From: Octopus sinensis
Taxonomy: Eukaryota
DNA length: 64,000 nucleotides
Direction of reading: 5' to 3'
NCBI RefSeq assembly: GCF_006345805.1
Contig: NC_043016.1
Coordinates: 3,658,001 to 3,722,000, forward strand
The notes below the pieces were generated by a model. The model saw only the letters and a program-made list of their open reading frames with translations. It had not been told where the DNA came from and searched no databases. Position 1 is the stretch's first letter; each line of letters begins with the position of its first letter. The position numbers and the translations under genes were made by a program. This document shows positions 25,514-38,810 of this stretch, in pieces.

Positions 25514-26400
25514 CAAGTAGCTACCCAATAGAAACCGGAATTTTGCAATATTATTTTATTCACTTAGCTTTACATGTTTACACTTTCATCGCCTTCAAAT
25601 TATTTTGCATTTGAAGCAATGCGTCGGTCCAGACGCGTTTTCCAACGTTCGACGCACTGCTTGAACTCTTGCGAAGTGAAGCCTTTTAATGCTTCCGTCG
25701 TTTCTTTCTTCACCTCTTCCACATCTGAAAATGCCGTACCACCGGCTTCCGTCACCAGTGATGACCTTCGAAAAAAGGTCCTGATCAACATCCAACTGTT
25801 CTTTCACTTCACGACGTGCATTCTGTCGTGACTGCTTTTGATTCTTCCGTGAGCAAGTGAGGCACAAATTTTGCTACAACTCTTTTCATTCACAATTCCT
25901 TGCTCAAAATTCGTGGGCAGAAGCTTCAGGATACACCATTCATATCAACAAGTTCGTCAATTGAGCAGTTGATGAATTTTCGTGATGTTTTCATTCGTTT
26001 GTGAGGTCGACGGTCGCCCTAAACGAAGTGGTTCTCGAAGCGAGAAGTGATTATTTCTAAAGCATAAAACCAACTCGTAAACTTGTGTTTTGCTCATAGC
26101 ACAGAGTCCTTGTAAGCTGTTTAAAAGACCACAACCGTTTCGGCAACAGTTTACCCCAGCGGAAAAGATAATTTGAAGGAAACTTGCTGTTCTTTTGTTT
26201 AAGGCATTGCAAAAATCGACAAGCGGGGTAGAAGCACTGCAAAACAAAGGCACGACGTGGCATTACGACCCTTCCCGATTTTGACGGTCAACAGACTGAT
26301 GCCGAAGGATCGCATCAAGTGGCTCCTAGCAGCAGAAACCTAAACTGCAACGGTCTTATCCCACGGAGAACGTTTCCGGTTACTTTTGAGTACCCCCTCG
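25514..26400 (-). mobile_element. Internally deleted mariner-type element with both TIRs
   Basis: HTH MSKTQVYE..GRPSTSQTNENITKI, KVITGDG, and C-terminal FSDVEEVKKETTEALK..ERWKTRLDR. TIRs ..ctacccaatagaaaccggaa / ttccggttacttttgagtaccccctcg. Confidence 0.88.
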
Positions 26401-26434
26401 GACATCTATATTTGTTTATATCTCTGTCTCTCTC

Positions 26435-26465
<31 letters not shown>

Positions 26466-26699
26466 GCACACACACATATACACACACATACAGACACACG
26501 CCTGTATAATTTTATACACGCATACATATACAAAAATAAACATTCATATGTAAAAATGTGCAATATTACAAGCGTGTATATACATATTTATGTGTGAGTG
26601 TGTGTATATATATGTGTGTGTGTGTAGCATATAGATATATGTATGTATATATATGTGTGTGTGTCTGTGTGTGCAGGTGTGTGTGAGTGTGTATGTATA

Positions 26700-26766
<67 letters not shown>

Positions 26767-27198
26767 TATATTATATATATAGAGTACATACATTTTCGGA
26801 GTTGTTTATTTATATATGTGAGCCCTGTTGCCCTTGCGAGCTACTACAGCTTAAAAATAAACATTTGGTTTTAAAGCTGTTACCAGAAAAGTTCACAGAA
26901 ATAACAAACTCTAGAATAATAAATAAAGAATTAAAATACATATAAAATTCTATGGTATTTGTCATCTCCGCATGCCTAAATTGCGTCGCAATTCCATTTA
27001 TACACCCACTCATATAATCTCCTTGTCTGCATTTCAATATATATATGTGTGTGTACATATATATATATATATATATATGCGTGTGTGTGTGTGTATGAAT
27101 ATATATGCATAGATATACATATATTATATATATATACATATGCATACACACTAACACACTTATATAAAATTGCATATATGCATACATACATACATATA

Positions 27199-27234
<36 letters not shown>

Positions 27235-27236
27235 TG

Positions 27237-27302
<66 letters not shown>

Positions 27303-27549
27303 ATATATATATATGCATGTATGTATGATTAAATACATACATAGATTCATAATCACACACGCACTCACACGCACACACATACACTCCCACACACATATAC
27401 ACTCCCACACACAAACATACACTCCCACACACACGTGTCGCGTGAGTGGGGTATATAAAAGTATAGGTTGAATAAGGATTGAATATTTAATAGTCTTATT
27501 TATTTCTTTGTTTTCTCCCTCTCTCTCTCTCACTCTCTCTGTCTGTCAT

Positions 27550-28782
<1,233 letters not shown>

Positions 28783-28945
28783 TTAACAATATATATATAT
28801 ATATATATATATAGTAATATATATATATATATATGTATGTATCTATATGAGCGCACGCGTTTGTTTGTGTCTGTGTGCGCATGTTCTCTGGCTCTGTCTG
28901 TCTGCCTGTCTCCCTCTCCCTCTCTCTCTCTTTATATATATATGC

Positions 28946-28978
<33 letters not shown>

Positions 28979-29227
28979 CAGACAGACAGGCAGACAGACA
29001 GAGACAGAGATACATGCGCACACACACACAAACGCACGCGCACTCGCGCTCATATACACACATATTTATATGATACGAATGGTTTCATGCGATTATTTTC
29101 AAATTATTTACTCGTATTTTGACCAATAAGGATGAATCTGAAATTTTCTTCAGAGACGAGATTTCATGATATCACGTTTGATAAGAAATTTCATAAGTAA
29201 ATGTAAATAACCAGTCTTTGGTACATA

Positions 29228-29274
<47 letters not shown>

Positions 29275-29657
29275 GGTGTGTTTGTGTGTGTGTGTGTGTG
29301 TGGAGAATTAATAATTTTATTATTGAAATATTTGTCATATAAGCGTTAATTGATATATCCTCTGAAATTTTGTACTTAACGAGGCAGACACGGGCACATA
29401 CACATGCAGATATTTGTACGATCATGTATGTACATAGTGTACATCATATAATGAATGTTACAGGGTTCTAAAGGAATCAGGTTCAAATTCTTATACTAGA
29501 CTATTTGTGCGCATGTGTATTAGAGATTCTTGTTAGTGTATGTATATTGCATGTGACTGTAAATGTAGCATGTGATTAAATGTAGTAAATGTAGCAGCAA
29601 ATTTTCGTAACTTTAGCCATAACTACTATATGAAGTTACTAAATATACATGCATATA

Positions 29658-29741
<84 letters not shown>

Positions 29742-29809
29742 TAATAAAATAAAACATGCATATATATACATATATTACGTACCTACCTCTACATGTACAT
29801 ATACACGCA

Positions 29810-29984
29810 TATATGAGTACAGGACACCAAAAGGACGTCGAACACAATGAGAAACGAAAACATAGACAAAAAATCAAAGGAACTGGACATATATTTAAAA
29901 ACAACCAAAAAATAGAATACAGGACAATTAACACAAAGAAAAAAACCCTTCTTCCGTCGCTAAAGCTTTCGTCTAATCTACGTT

Positions 29985-29990
<6 letters not shown>
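29810..29990 (-). repeat. Dispersed repeat related to 2400-2592
   Basis: Shared gaagggt..ttctttgtgttaattgtcctgt....gtcctgtac blocks. Confidence 0.45.
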
Positions 29991-30042
<52 letters not shown>

Positions 30043-30095
30043 TATACACATATGTGTGTGCGCGCGCATGTGTATTCATTATCTCTCTCTCTCTC

Positions 30096-30131
<36 letters not shown>

Positions 30132-30339
30132 TAGATAGATAGATAGATAGATATTGATATTTGTAATAATAAAAAGTTTTACCTTACACTGAAAAATTCC
30201 TCAATATATCATGTAGGCTACAGATTTATTTAGCAAGAATTTTCGGCCACCTAAATCCTCATCAGACCACAATTCCTTTTATTTTTCCCTTGGAAGTTAA
30301 ATTGCGAAATATTTACTGTATCATTCACACACACACCTC

Positions 30340-30383
30340 ATATACATGCGCGCGCACATATACATATATATATATATATATAG

Positions 30384-30420
<37 letters not shown>

Positions 30421-30436
30421 TATATATATATATAAC

Positions 30437-30481
<45 letters not shown>

Positions 30482-30483
30482 TA

Positions 30484-30514
<31 letters not shown>

Positions 30515-30636
30515 GTATATATATATAGTGTATATATATATATATACATGTATATATATATATATATATAACACACACACCACACACACACATATATATA
30601 TAATATATACATACATATACATATATATACATATAC

Positions 30637-30700
<64 letters not shown>
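30340..30700. repeat. Long interrupted (TA)n/(CA)n tract (representative of many similar tracts)
   Basis: Directly visible. Similar tracts occur at ~11150, 11985, 13340, 24060, 24670, 26700, 27230, 29660, 51940 and 52570. Confidence 0.95.
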
Positions 30701-30702
<2 letters not shown>

Positions 30703-31744
30703 GTATGCGTTTATGTGTGTCTGAATGTGGGTGCGTGTTTGTGTGAGTAGGGAGGAGGCTGTGTGTAATCTTTCATAGATTAGTGCCACTTACTTTCAAT
30801 ATAAAAGTTTATGAAACAGAAAATTTCTGCAAAAAGCTTAGACTTGTGTACATACGCCCACTACATTAAAGAACATACTCATACACTCATAAACAACCAT
30901 ATCACGCTCACACTCACTCACACATTTACACGCTTTCACACACGCACGCATGCGCATACAGAAATGTGTATATTCTCGCACGCAAATTAAGTTCTACCAG
31001 ACAGGCGAAAAAAAAAAATATCTGGCACAAACAGTAATTCCTTAAGAGATAAATTCACTTTTAAATCGCTACTTAGACAAGATAGGTTAGGATGTCTTGA
31101 AACTAAAATACAGATATAAATAAACAGATTAGTGTAAATGCAAATACAAGCATGGACATATAAAGTGAACAAAAATATAAATGAATAGAAAAAGAAAGAA
31201 TAAATACCAGAAATAAATAAATAAGTTTAAATTGATTAAATATACGTTTACTGCAGCAACAGTTATTTTGTAGCAGGTGTCATCTCTATGTATGTATATG
31301 CTTGAGTGAAGAAATAGGTACACAACCAAATAAATACACACACCATAACACAACACATGTACACACTCACATACACAAACACACTGAAGCACAAAACGAT
31401 AGGTGCTCAAGAAAAATACATGCGTACTCATACATTAATACAAATAACGCGCGGATTGTAAAATGTTCACACTGACACATACACTTACACACACGGTTAC
31501 ACATAACAGACATACACACACACTAACGCATACACACACACTAACACATACACACACTAACACATACATACATACATACATACATGTCGATAAATACCTG
31601 TGAATTTGCACATATACACCAGATGCACATGCACGCACATACACACACACCGATAAACACGTCCATGCATACAAATGCATAAATACATTAGAAGGCTGAC
31701 GAGCTGTCAAGAGTATTTTATTGAAATCCTGGTTTCGTGCATAA

Positions 31745-31880
31745 TCATATACTTTTTGTTACTAGTTTCAGTCGTTAGTTTTTTGTGGCTACGCTAGGGC
31801 ACCGCCTTCACGGGTTTTTAATGATAGATATCGGACTCAGGTACTTAATCAAGAACTTATTTTATCGACTTCTTTTTATT
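31745..31880 (-). mobile_element. Decayed SINE 3' part
   Basis: tagtttcagtc..gtggctacgctagggcaccgccttcacggg..; the reverse complement resembles 41075-41140. Confidence 0.5.
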
Positions 31881-32755
31881 GGGGCTGTTCATCTATCGTA
31901 TTACATTCATCTCAGACGTATATGTTAGAAATTATGTATGTATGTTTGTATGCATGTATGTTTGCGTGTGTACGTGAGTGTGCATTTGACTTCGGTCAGG
32001 ATTTCCGACCATGAGGGTTCAATTGATCTATTAATTGGATTATCAGGTTCATTAATGAATTAGCTTGCAAGTGGTTGTGTATTCCACAGATACATGCACT
32101 CTTGATACAATTTTTCAGGTACAATGTTTCAAGTTGGATCTTTAAATTATACTTACAATCTGTGTTTGTGTGTGTGTGAGCGTGTGTGCGTGTGCACTCT
32201 CAGCAGCCACACAGCTTTTGTACTAAATTCTACTAAAGAAAAAGCATTGATTATGACACCTAAGGTGCCATGAAACCAAGAAAGCATCACATGGTTTCAA
32301 AGCGAACTTATTAACCATATAACCAAGCCTATTGATGAGTAACACTTAAGTAGACGATTAACGGGCGCACACGCACACACATACAAATATATATGATATG
32401 ATATATCTTGTTATGTTTTTTTTTACTTTGTTTATGTCAGTATTAATGCAATGTGTAATTAACCCTTTCTGTACTAAATCTTAGTATGATGATGTATTGA
32501 CAAGGTTGGTAACAGAGCAGGCATCAAGTTACGCAGTGTGAAGTTACTTCCCCTTCCCCTCCTCACTTGAAATTCGGGCGAGGTTAACTCTGGCTTTTCA
32601 TCTTTCCGGAGGTCAATCATATAGATACAAGTTGCTCAGTCGCAGATCCAGCAGACCTGTTACCAGAGAAAATCAAGCTCTTAATATCACATACATGTGT
32701 AAATGGTTTATTCCTGATTACATTAGGTATTAAGTATTGCATTTTCTTCACCACT

Positions 32756-32801
32756 CACGTATCATTAAAATCCCGCTCTAGCGGGATTTTAAAGATACGT
32801 G
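32756..32801. repeat. 46-bp near-perfect palindrome (22-bp arms, 2-nt loop)
   Basis: cacgtatcattaaaatcccgct-ct-agcgggattttaaagatacgtg, one mismatch. Confidence 0.95.
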
Positions 32802-33636
32802 GCTGCTGTTTCTAGCAAATCGACAGCCACAAAGAAGATTTACTAATAACTAATAATATTTCAAGGAAACTTTTATTGCTTTAATTGCAACAATTCTGGT
32901 TGTTTGACGACATGTGATTTTGGATAATGGGATATAATTTAATATAAAACATTATCCGTCATAATATACACACATATATACATATATACCTAGGTACATA
33001 TATACATATGTGTGTGTGCGTGTGTCTGTGTGCAAGTGTATATGATGAGTATATAGGGATAAACGATCCAGGCGGGTCTGGTAAGAACTTGCGGACATAG
33101 TCTAGGTTCCGGTTAGTCGCATCAAGTAATAAGAAGCACTAAGGTAATGATAAATTTGTCCTGCAAATACAGAGTGTATGCGAAAAATTTTCGTAAACTG
33201 ATGCAAAATTATGCATAAAGGAAATTCCTACTTCTATATCGGTACAACCTCGACAAACTTCAAAATGTAGGCTGGGAAATCATTTTAGTATCTTTAAAGA
33301 TAGAATTAAATTGCACGACACTAGCTTGAGCAAGATCGTCTGCTCCCATAAGAGCTAAATTTACAGAAGATGCTCACTTCATGCAAGTTTACCGATAAGT
33401 AGTCTGGGGCAGTTTTACCGAGTTTAACATATAATTTTTATTTCATAACGAGTGTCCTGCATTCTTGAAACTAGTCTCCTGTGTTCAAATAATGTCACAG
33501 TTATCTTCTTCAATTTAGAATAATATAATCTGGCGGGTTAGATTATTCGTTGTATAACACTAAAATTATAATAATGTAGTAATTATAACGCCTCTCATAA
33601 ATAAGTCTCAAAACTGCTGTAATGTTTGTGAATGCG

Positions 33637-33671
<35 letters not shown>

Positions 33672-33673
<2 letters not shown>

Positions 33674-34760
33674 TGAGGCCCAAATGTTATCTAATTTCAC
33701 TGGTCACACTCCCGAACTATACGGTCGTTACATTGACGACATTATCGGTGCCCCCTCACTCTCCCGTGAACATCTAGATTCCTTCCTCTCTTTCGTTCAA
33801 TCCTTCCATCCTGCCCTCCACTTCACCTCCACTATCTCCAACACCTCTGTCTCCTTCCTCGACATTTCGGTCAGCATTCATCACTCCACTCTTACCACCT
33901 CCATTCACTACAAACACACAGACTCACACTCATACCTAAACTTCTCTTCCTCCCACCCCAAACACACCAAGCTTTCCATCCCCTATTCCCAATTCCTCCG
34001 TCTACGTAGGCTCTGTAGTGACGACCATGACTTTGAGACTCAGTCTCAACGCATGACTCGCCACTTCATCCTACGTGGATACCCCCTCACCACTATCAAC
34101 ACCGCCCTTGCTAGAGCACGTTCCGTAGACCGTGCATCTGCTCTCTCCCCCCGAACCCACCCTGTAGTCTCTCGCCTCCCGTTTCCCCTCACTTACCACC
34201 CCACAACCCTACCTCTCCAACGCACCATTCTTCGAGCTTTCCGACCCGTCCACTTCACACCTCTTCCCTAACCGACCCCTCCCCTTCTTCAAACGAGCCC
34301 ATAACCTACGAGACATTTTGGTCCACAGCTCCTTCCCTGACCCTACCTCCCAACCTGGCTCGTTCCCCTACTCCCACCCACGTTGCCGCACTTGCCCTTA
34401 CCTCTCCAACACCACCCTCCTCACTGGCACCCATCATCGACCCTATCGCATCATCAACTCCTTCACCTGCACCTCCAGCAATATCATCTATTGCATCTCT
34501 TGCTCTCTCTGCCATTCCCAGTACATCGGACAAACGGGACGCCGCTTGGCTGACCGGTTCGCGGAACACCTCCGTGACATCTGCCTTGCCAACGACACAC
34601 CGGTCTCACGCCATTTCCGCTCCACCGGTCACTCCTTGCAACACCTGTCTGTGTTCGGTTTGTCCTGCACAGAGGCTACCCGGATTCCCGTTTGCGCTGT
34701 GAACAGGGATTAATCTTCTCTCTTCGCTCTTTTACGCCATTTGGTCTCAACTCTCCCCCC
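33672..34760 (+). mobile_element. Penelope-like element (Neptune-type), 5'-truncated: RT C-terminus/thumb + GIY-YIG endonuclease
   Basis: YGRYIDDI, SVSFLDISV, HYKHTDSHSYL, SIPYSQFLRLRRLCSD, RGYP; Cys-linker HPRCRTCP; NIIYCISC..CHSQYIGQTGRRLADRFAEH. Frameshift near 34250-34320. Confidence 0.92.
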
Positions 34761-35190
34761 TCCTCATCTAACCTCCCCCCGACTCCTACTTCTCTTCAGT
34801 CCTTCATCTTATCACCCCTACCCTCTTCTTTCCTCTTTCTTCTTCCCTCTTCCCCTTCACTCTTTCTCTCTGCTCCCTCACTCCCCTTCTCTCTTTCTCC
34901 CCTCCCCCTATCCTCCCCTCCTCTTCTCCTCTTTCCTTCCCCCCCCTCTCACCCTCCCCCCCTCATCTCATCTCATCTCACCCTCACCCCCCCCTCCTTT
35001 TTCCTTCTTCCCCTTCCCTCATCTCACCCTCCTCACTCTCACCTTTCCTCTTCTCCCTCCTCCCTCTTCTTCTCTTTCCTTCTCCCATCTCTTCCCCTCC
35101 TCCTCCCTTCTCATCTCTCCTCCCCCCTCTCCCCCTCATCTCCCCCTCTCCCCCTCATCTCTCCCTCCCCTCTCCCCCTCATCTTCTCTC
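34760..35190. repeat. C/T-rich polypyrimidine low-complexity tract
   Basis: About 430 bp, almost purely pyrimidine; potential triplex, or G-quadruplex on the opposite strand. Confidence 0.9.
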
Positions 35191-35787
35191 TCTACACAAC
35201 ACCATACGACATTACGCAAGGGAGCAATAGTATTCAATATACAAGAAATTTACGAAACTTCGTTTCGTTGGTAATGTTTTTCTAACTCACGTGGTAATTT
35301 TGGAGGGAGATACGAATTCGCCTGTCTATATAAATGTAGAGATGCTAGAAGTCCGTTAGATCGTTCGATGTCGCTTGGTCGAGCCGGTGTAATGGGTGAG
35401 TCTTTTTCCTAGCATTTCTAGATTTATAGGAAATTTTATATTGACAAGGAAATGAACCTTCGGTTCTAATCCAGAAACGATTCGTCTATAATTAATCCAT
35501 AGGCTGGGATTTCGTTATTTTCTTTCTCTTTACCATATACGGGTTACAAATTCTGTTTGTTTGTGGAGACTTTTTTATTAGTAGGAGAAATAGTGATCTA
35601 TTTGGCTGCTATTTCTAATATTTTCGGTATGTGGTTTTGAGCAACTTGTTGCAATTAACCCTTTATCACAATTAATATAATTCTTACCAAATATGGTCTT
35701 TTCCATAGGGGAAATTTATTGATTTTATTAAATTAATTATATTTCACCCTTTTTTGTATGTACATTTATACATATATAAATACAAGT

Positions 35788-35858
<71 letters not shown>

Positions 35859-35886
35859 GTACATATATATATTTATATTATTATTA

Positions 35887-35957
<71 letters not shown>

Positions 35958-36551
35958 TTCTTTCAAAGTACCGCAGGTAGTACCGGTCTAGCGTCCCGGC
36001 TTAAATCCTTCGCACAGACTTGTTGTTATTATTATTCTTTGTCCCACACATAACCATATTTTTTCTTTTCAAAATGCCGCAGGTCGTACCAATCTACATT
36101 GTTTACCGTTTGCGCTACTACATATAGCGATCTGGCGTAAATCCTTCACACGCACTTATACTATTTTCCACTGTGTGTATTTCAGTTCTGTGTTAGAGTT
36201 CCAGTTTTATAAGATATTTTGTTTTTCAGTATTTTTTTTTGGAGCGCATTTAGAAACTTACCTCTCCAAGAAAATGAAATACAATTTTTAAAAAATTATG
36301 AAAATGGGAAATATATACAAAATTAGTGATGCATGCAAAAAATTAGAAAGATTCATCCATTTTTAAATATTTTATACGAAAATATAAAACAAACAGAAAA
36401 CGGGCACTCGCGAATATAAACAAACATGTCGGATGATACAGGGGGAGATAATTTACTTTTACCAGTCAGATATTATTAATGATACAAGGAGCCCAACAAT
36501 ATTGCTTGCAAATTCTTGTTTTTAATCAGGTTTTTGTTTCTGTGCACACTC

Positions 36552-36664
36552 GTTAGTGTTAGGATTAGTGTTAGTGTTAGGGTTAGTTTTAGGGTTAGCG
36601 TTAGGTTTAGCGCTAGGGTTACGGTTATGGTTAGCGTTAGGGTTAGGGTTAGTTTTAGGGTTAG
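36552..36664 (+). repeat. Degenerate (TTAGGG)n interstitial telomere-like array, ~19 hexamers
   Basis: Strict 6-bp period TTAGNN: TTAGGG, TTAGTG, TTAGCG and TTAGTT variants. Confidence 0.85.
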
Positions 36665-37095
36665 TTTCTCGTAAGAGAAACACAATAATAAACAGTTCAA
36701 ATCCTTTCACTGTCTGGGGAAGGAACACAGTTCAATAAAAATTGTCCAAACCAGACCATAATTCACAATTATAGTAAATATTACAAACTCGCTCCCCCTT
36801 CCCCGTAGGAGGAAGGAACACAAGTTCAAAAACAACACTTGCCAACAAGGTAAACCATTTAAACAACAACAATTCAAGAATACTTTTGAAAAGGAAGACC
36901 AACAAAACACAATTTCTCGTTCAAATGAACTTACCGCTCGTACGACACTATTCGCGTACCTCGCCGACTGTTCCTTTTATTGGCCAGTGTACCCTGCGCA
37001 GTGGGGACAGACAAGGACAGACAAAACAGCACAAGTGGAGACATAAAACATTAACTATTGAATGAAATGGATTTCTATAATAGATGGTTTAATGG

Positions 37096-38810
37096 CTACT
37101 CGAATCCCACTTTCGAGTAGTACCATTTAACTATATTTTTTCTCTTTTTATTTATACCAAAGTTTATTAATTTAATTTATCTTAATATATAAAATATGAT
37201 CTCAATTGTTCAAATTCCATCACAGGTGGCAGATGATCATATCTTACCTCCTGCCCTAGTGGGTTCCCGTCATTGCCAAAACTTGCCTCTAAGTTTTTGT
37301 AACTTTTAATGTTTATTAATATACACTCCATGCCTGATACGCGTATATTTTCCTCTTCTACAATTCTTATTATCAACTTCATTTTTGCAATTTTTTCCTC
37401 AATGGACTCGCTCGTCCAATAGTTCGTTAGATACGCCCTATGTTTATAATTGGTCTGTAATGCTCGTGTGTCTGCTTGTCTATATTCATCTGGAGACTGT
37501 GTACTGTCTGTGTTTACTTGTGTATACTAACCTGAAGATTCTGGGCCGTCTGTGAGTGCTTGTGTATACTTGACTGGGGATTCTTGGCTGTCTGGAATAT
37601 TCTTGTGTGTTTGCCGTAATGTGATACACTGTGTGGGCGTTTGTATGTTACTTCCTTCTTTTTCTTCGGGGGTGGAGAGTTTTTAATGACCTTCCTCTTT
37701 CTATTCTGTATTTCCTGGACTCCTTCATCTCTACTTTCTACATTTGCTTCTTCCATATTTTCCTTTGATTTCTCGTCTCTGCTATTTTCTTCTGGTATCT
37801 CCTCTACTGGTACTTGGCTGTTAAGAAGGGAGCAGTTCGCCTTAATGTGGCCCTTCTTTCTGCAGTAGCAGCAGGTGGGAGGCCTTCTCTCCACCACTGC
37901 TCGCAGCTTCATATCTAACAACTTAATCTCTTCAGCAATTTCCTCTAGGTCCAGTGAGATGACCTGGATTATGATTTCCAGGCCATATCCCCACCACTTC
38001 TGGCTTCTCCTTTGTTTCTATTAAGATTGCTGGAAGCAGCCACATCTCACTAATCTCAGAGGGTACCCTGCCAATCCTCACTCTCGCCACTCTTTTCCCG
38101 GGATATGTTGGCAGGAGTACCCATTTGTTTGTTTGCAATGTTACAGTGGAGTACTTTACTGCCTCTTCCACAGTAGGAAAGCGCACCTCCACTGTACCAA
38201 ACTTTCTTCCCCTGCAGTAAAATTCAACTTTACTTTTTATATCTTTTAAGTACTCTTCTATACCTTTCTCGCTAGCCATTTCTACCTTCTTGCTTGTCAG
38301 TGATAGGGTTCTATATACCACCATTTTTTCCTTTTTGCCTCTAGTTATATCTTCGGGCGGGGTCAGTTTTAATCTTGTCCCCTCTCTTTGGATTAACTTC
38401 TGGTAGCTTCTTACTAATTCAAAGTCGACAGGTACTTCCTTGACTTCCAGTTATCTCACAGTAGCTGTTATATTCTCTCGACCTGCTACTGAAGCGTAGC
38501 TCCCGACACGTGTCTGCAATTCTTCCACTGCTCACTGCAATGTTCGCCCCCACTGGGAGAGAAAAGAAACAAAAGCAAACAATATAACAATAAATCAACA
38601 AAGATTTAACAATTCCAACAACAGGTAACCCCGCTAAAGAGGACCTTAAACAAAGGACAACTTATCCGCAACGGTAATAATTCAACACTGAAAAACACAG
38701 GTTCTTTTTAAGGTCATGTAGCGCGGCTACTGACACTACTTACTGAGTCTGTCCACTATTTATTAATAGCGGACCAGCCTGCTTCTCACCTAGATAGGGT
38801 CCGTCCAGCA
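37096..38810 (-). mobile_element. ORF1-only element related to the Tx1-like LINEs (decayed)
   Basis: RGRKFGTVEVRF..PTYPGKRVARVRIGRVP aligns with RGNKFVTIEVRF..PTYLGRRVAKIKIKKVP of copy 2. CCHC knuckle TCCYCRKKGHIKANC; stop at 37182; then AATAAA and a hairpin; no ORF2. Confidence 0.75.

Noticed and set aside
34692-35285. 197-aa and 177-aa Pro/Ser/Leu-rich ORFs
   Set aside because: Read-through of a polypyrimidine tract.
36476-36738. LTLTLT / NPNPNP / LGLGLG ORFs
   Set aside because: Translations of the telomere-like hexamer repeat.
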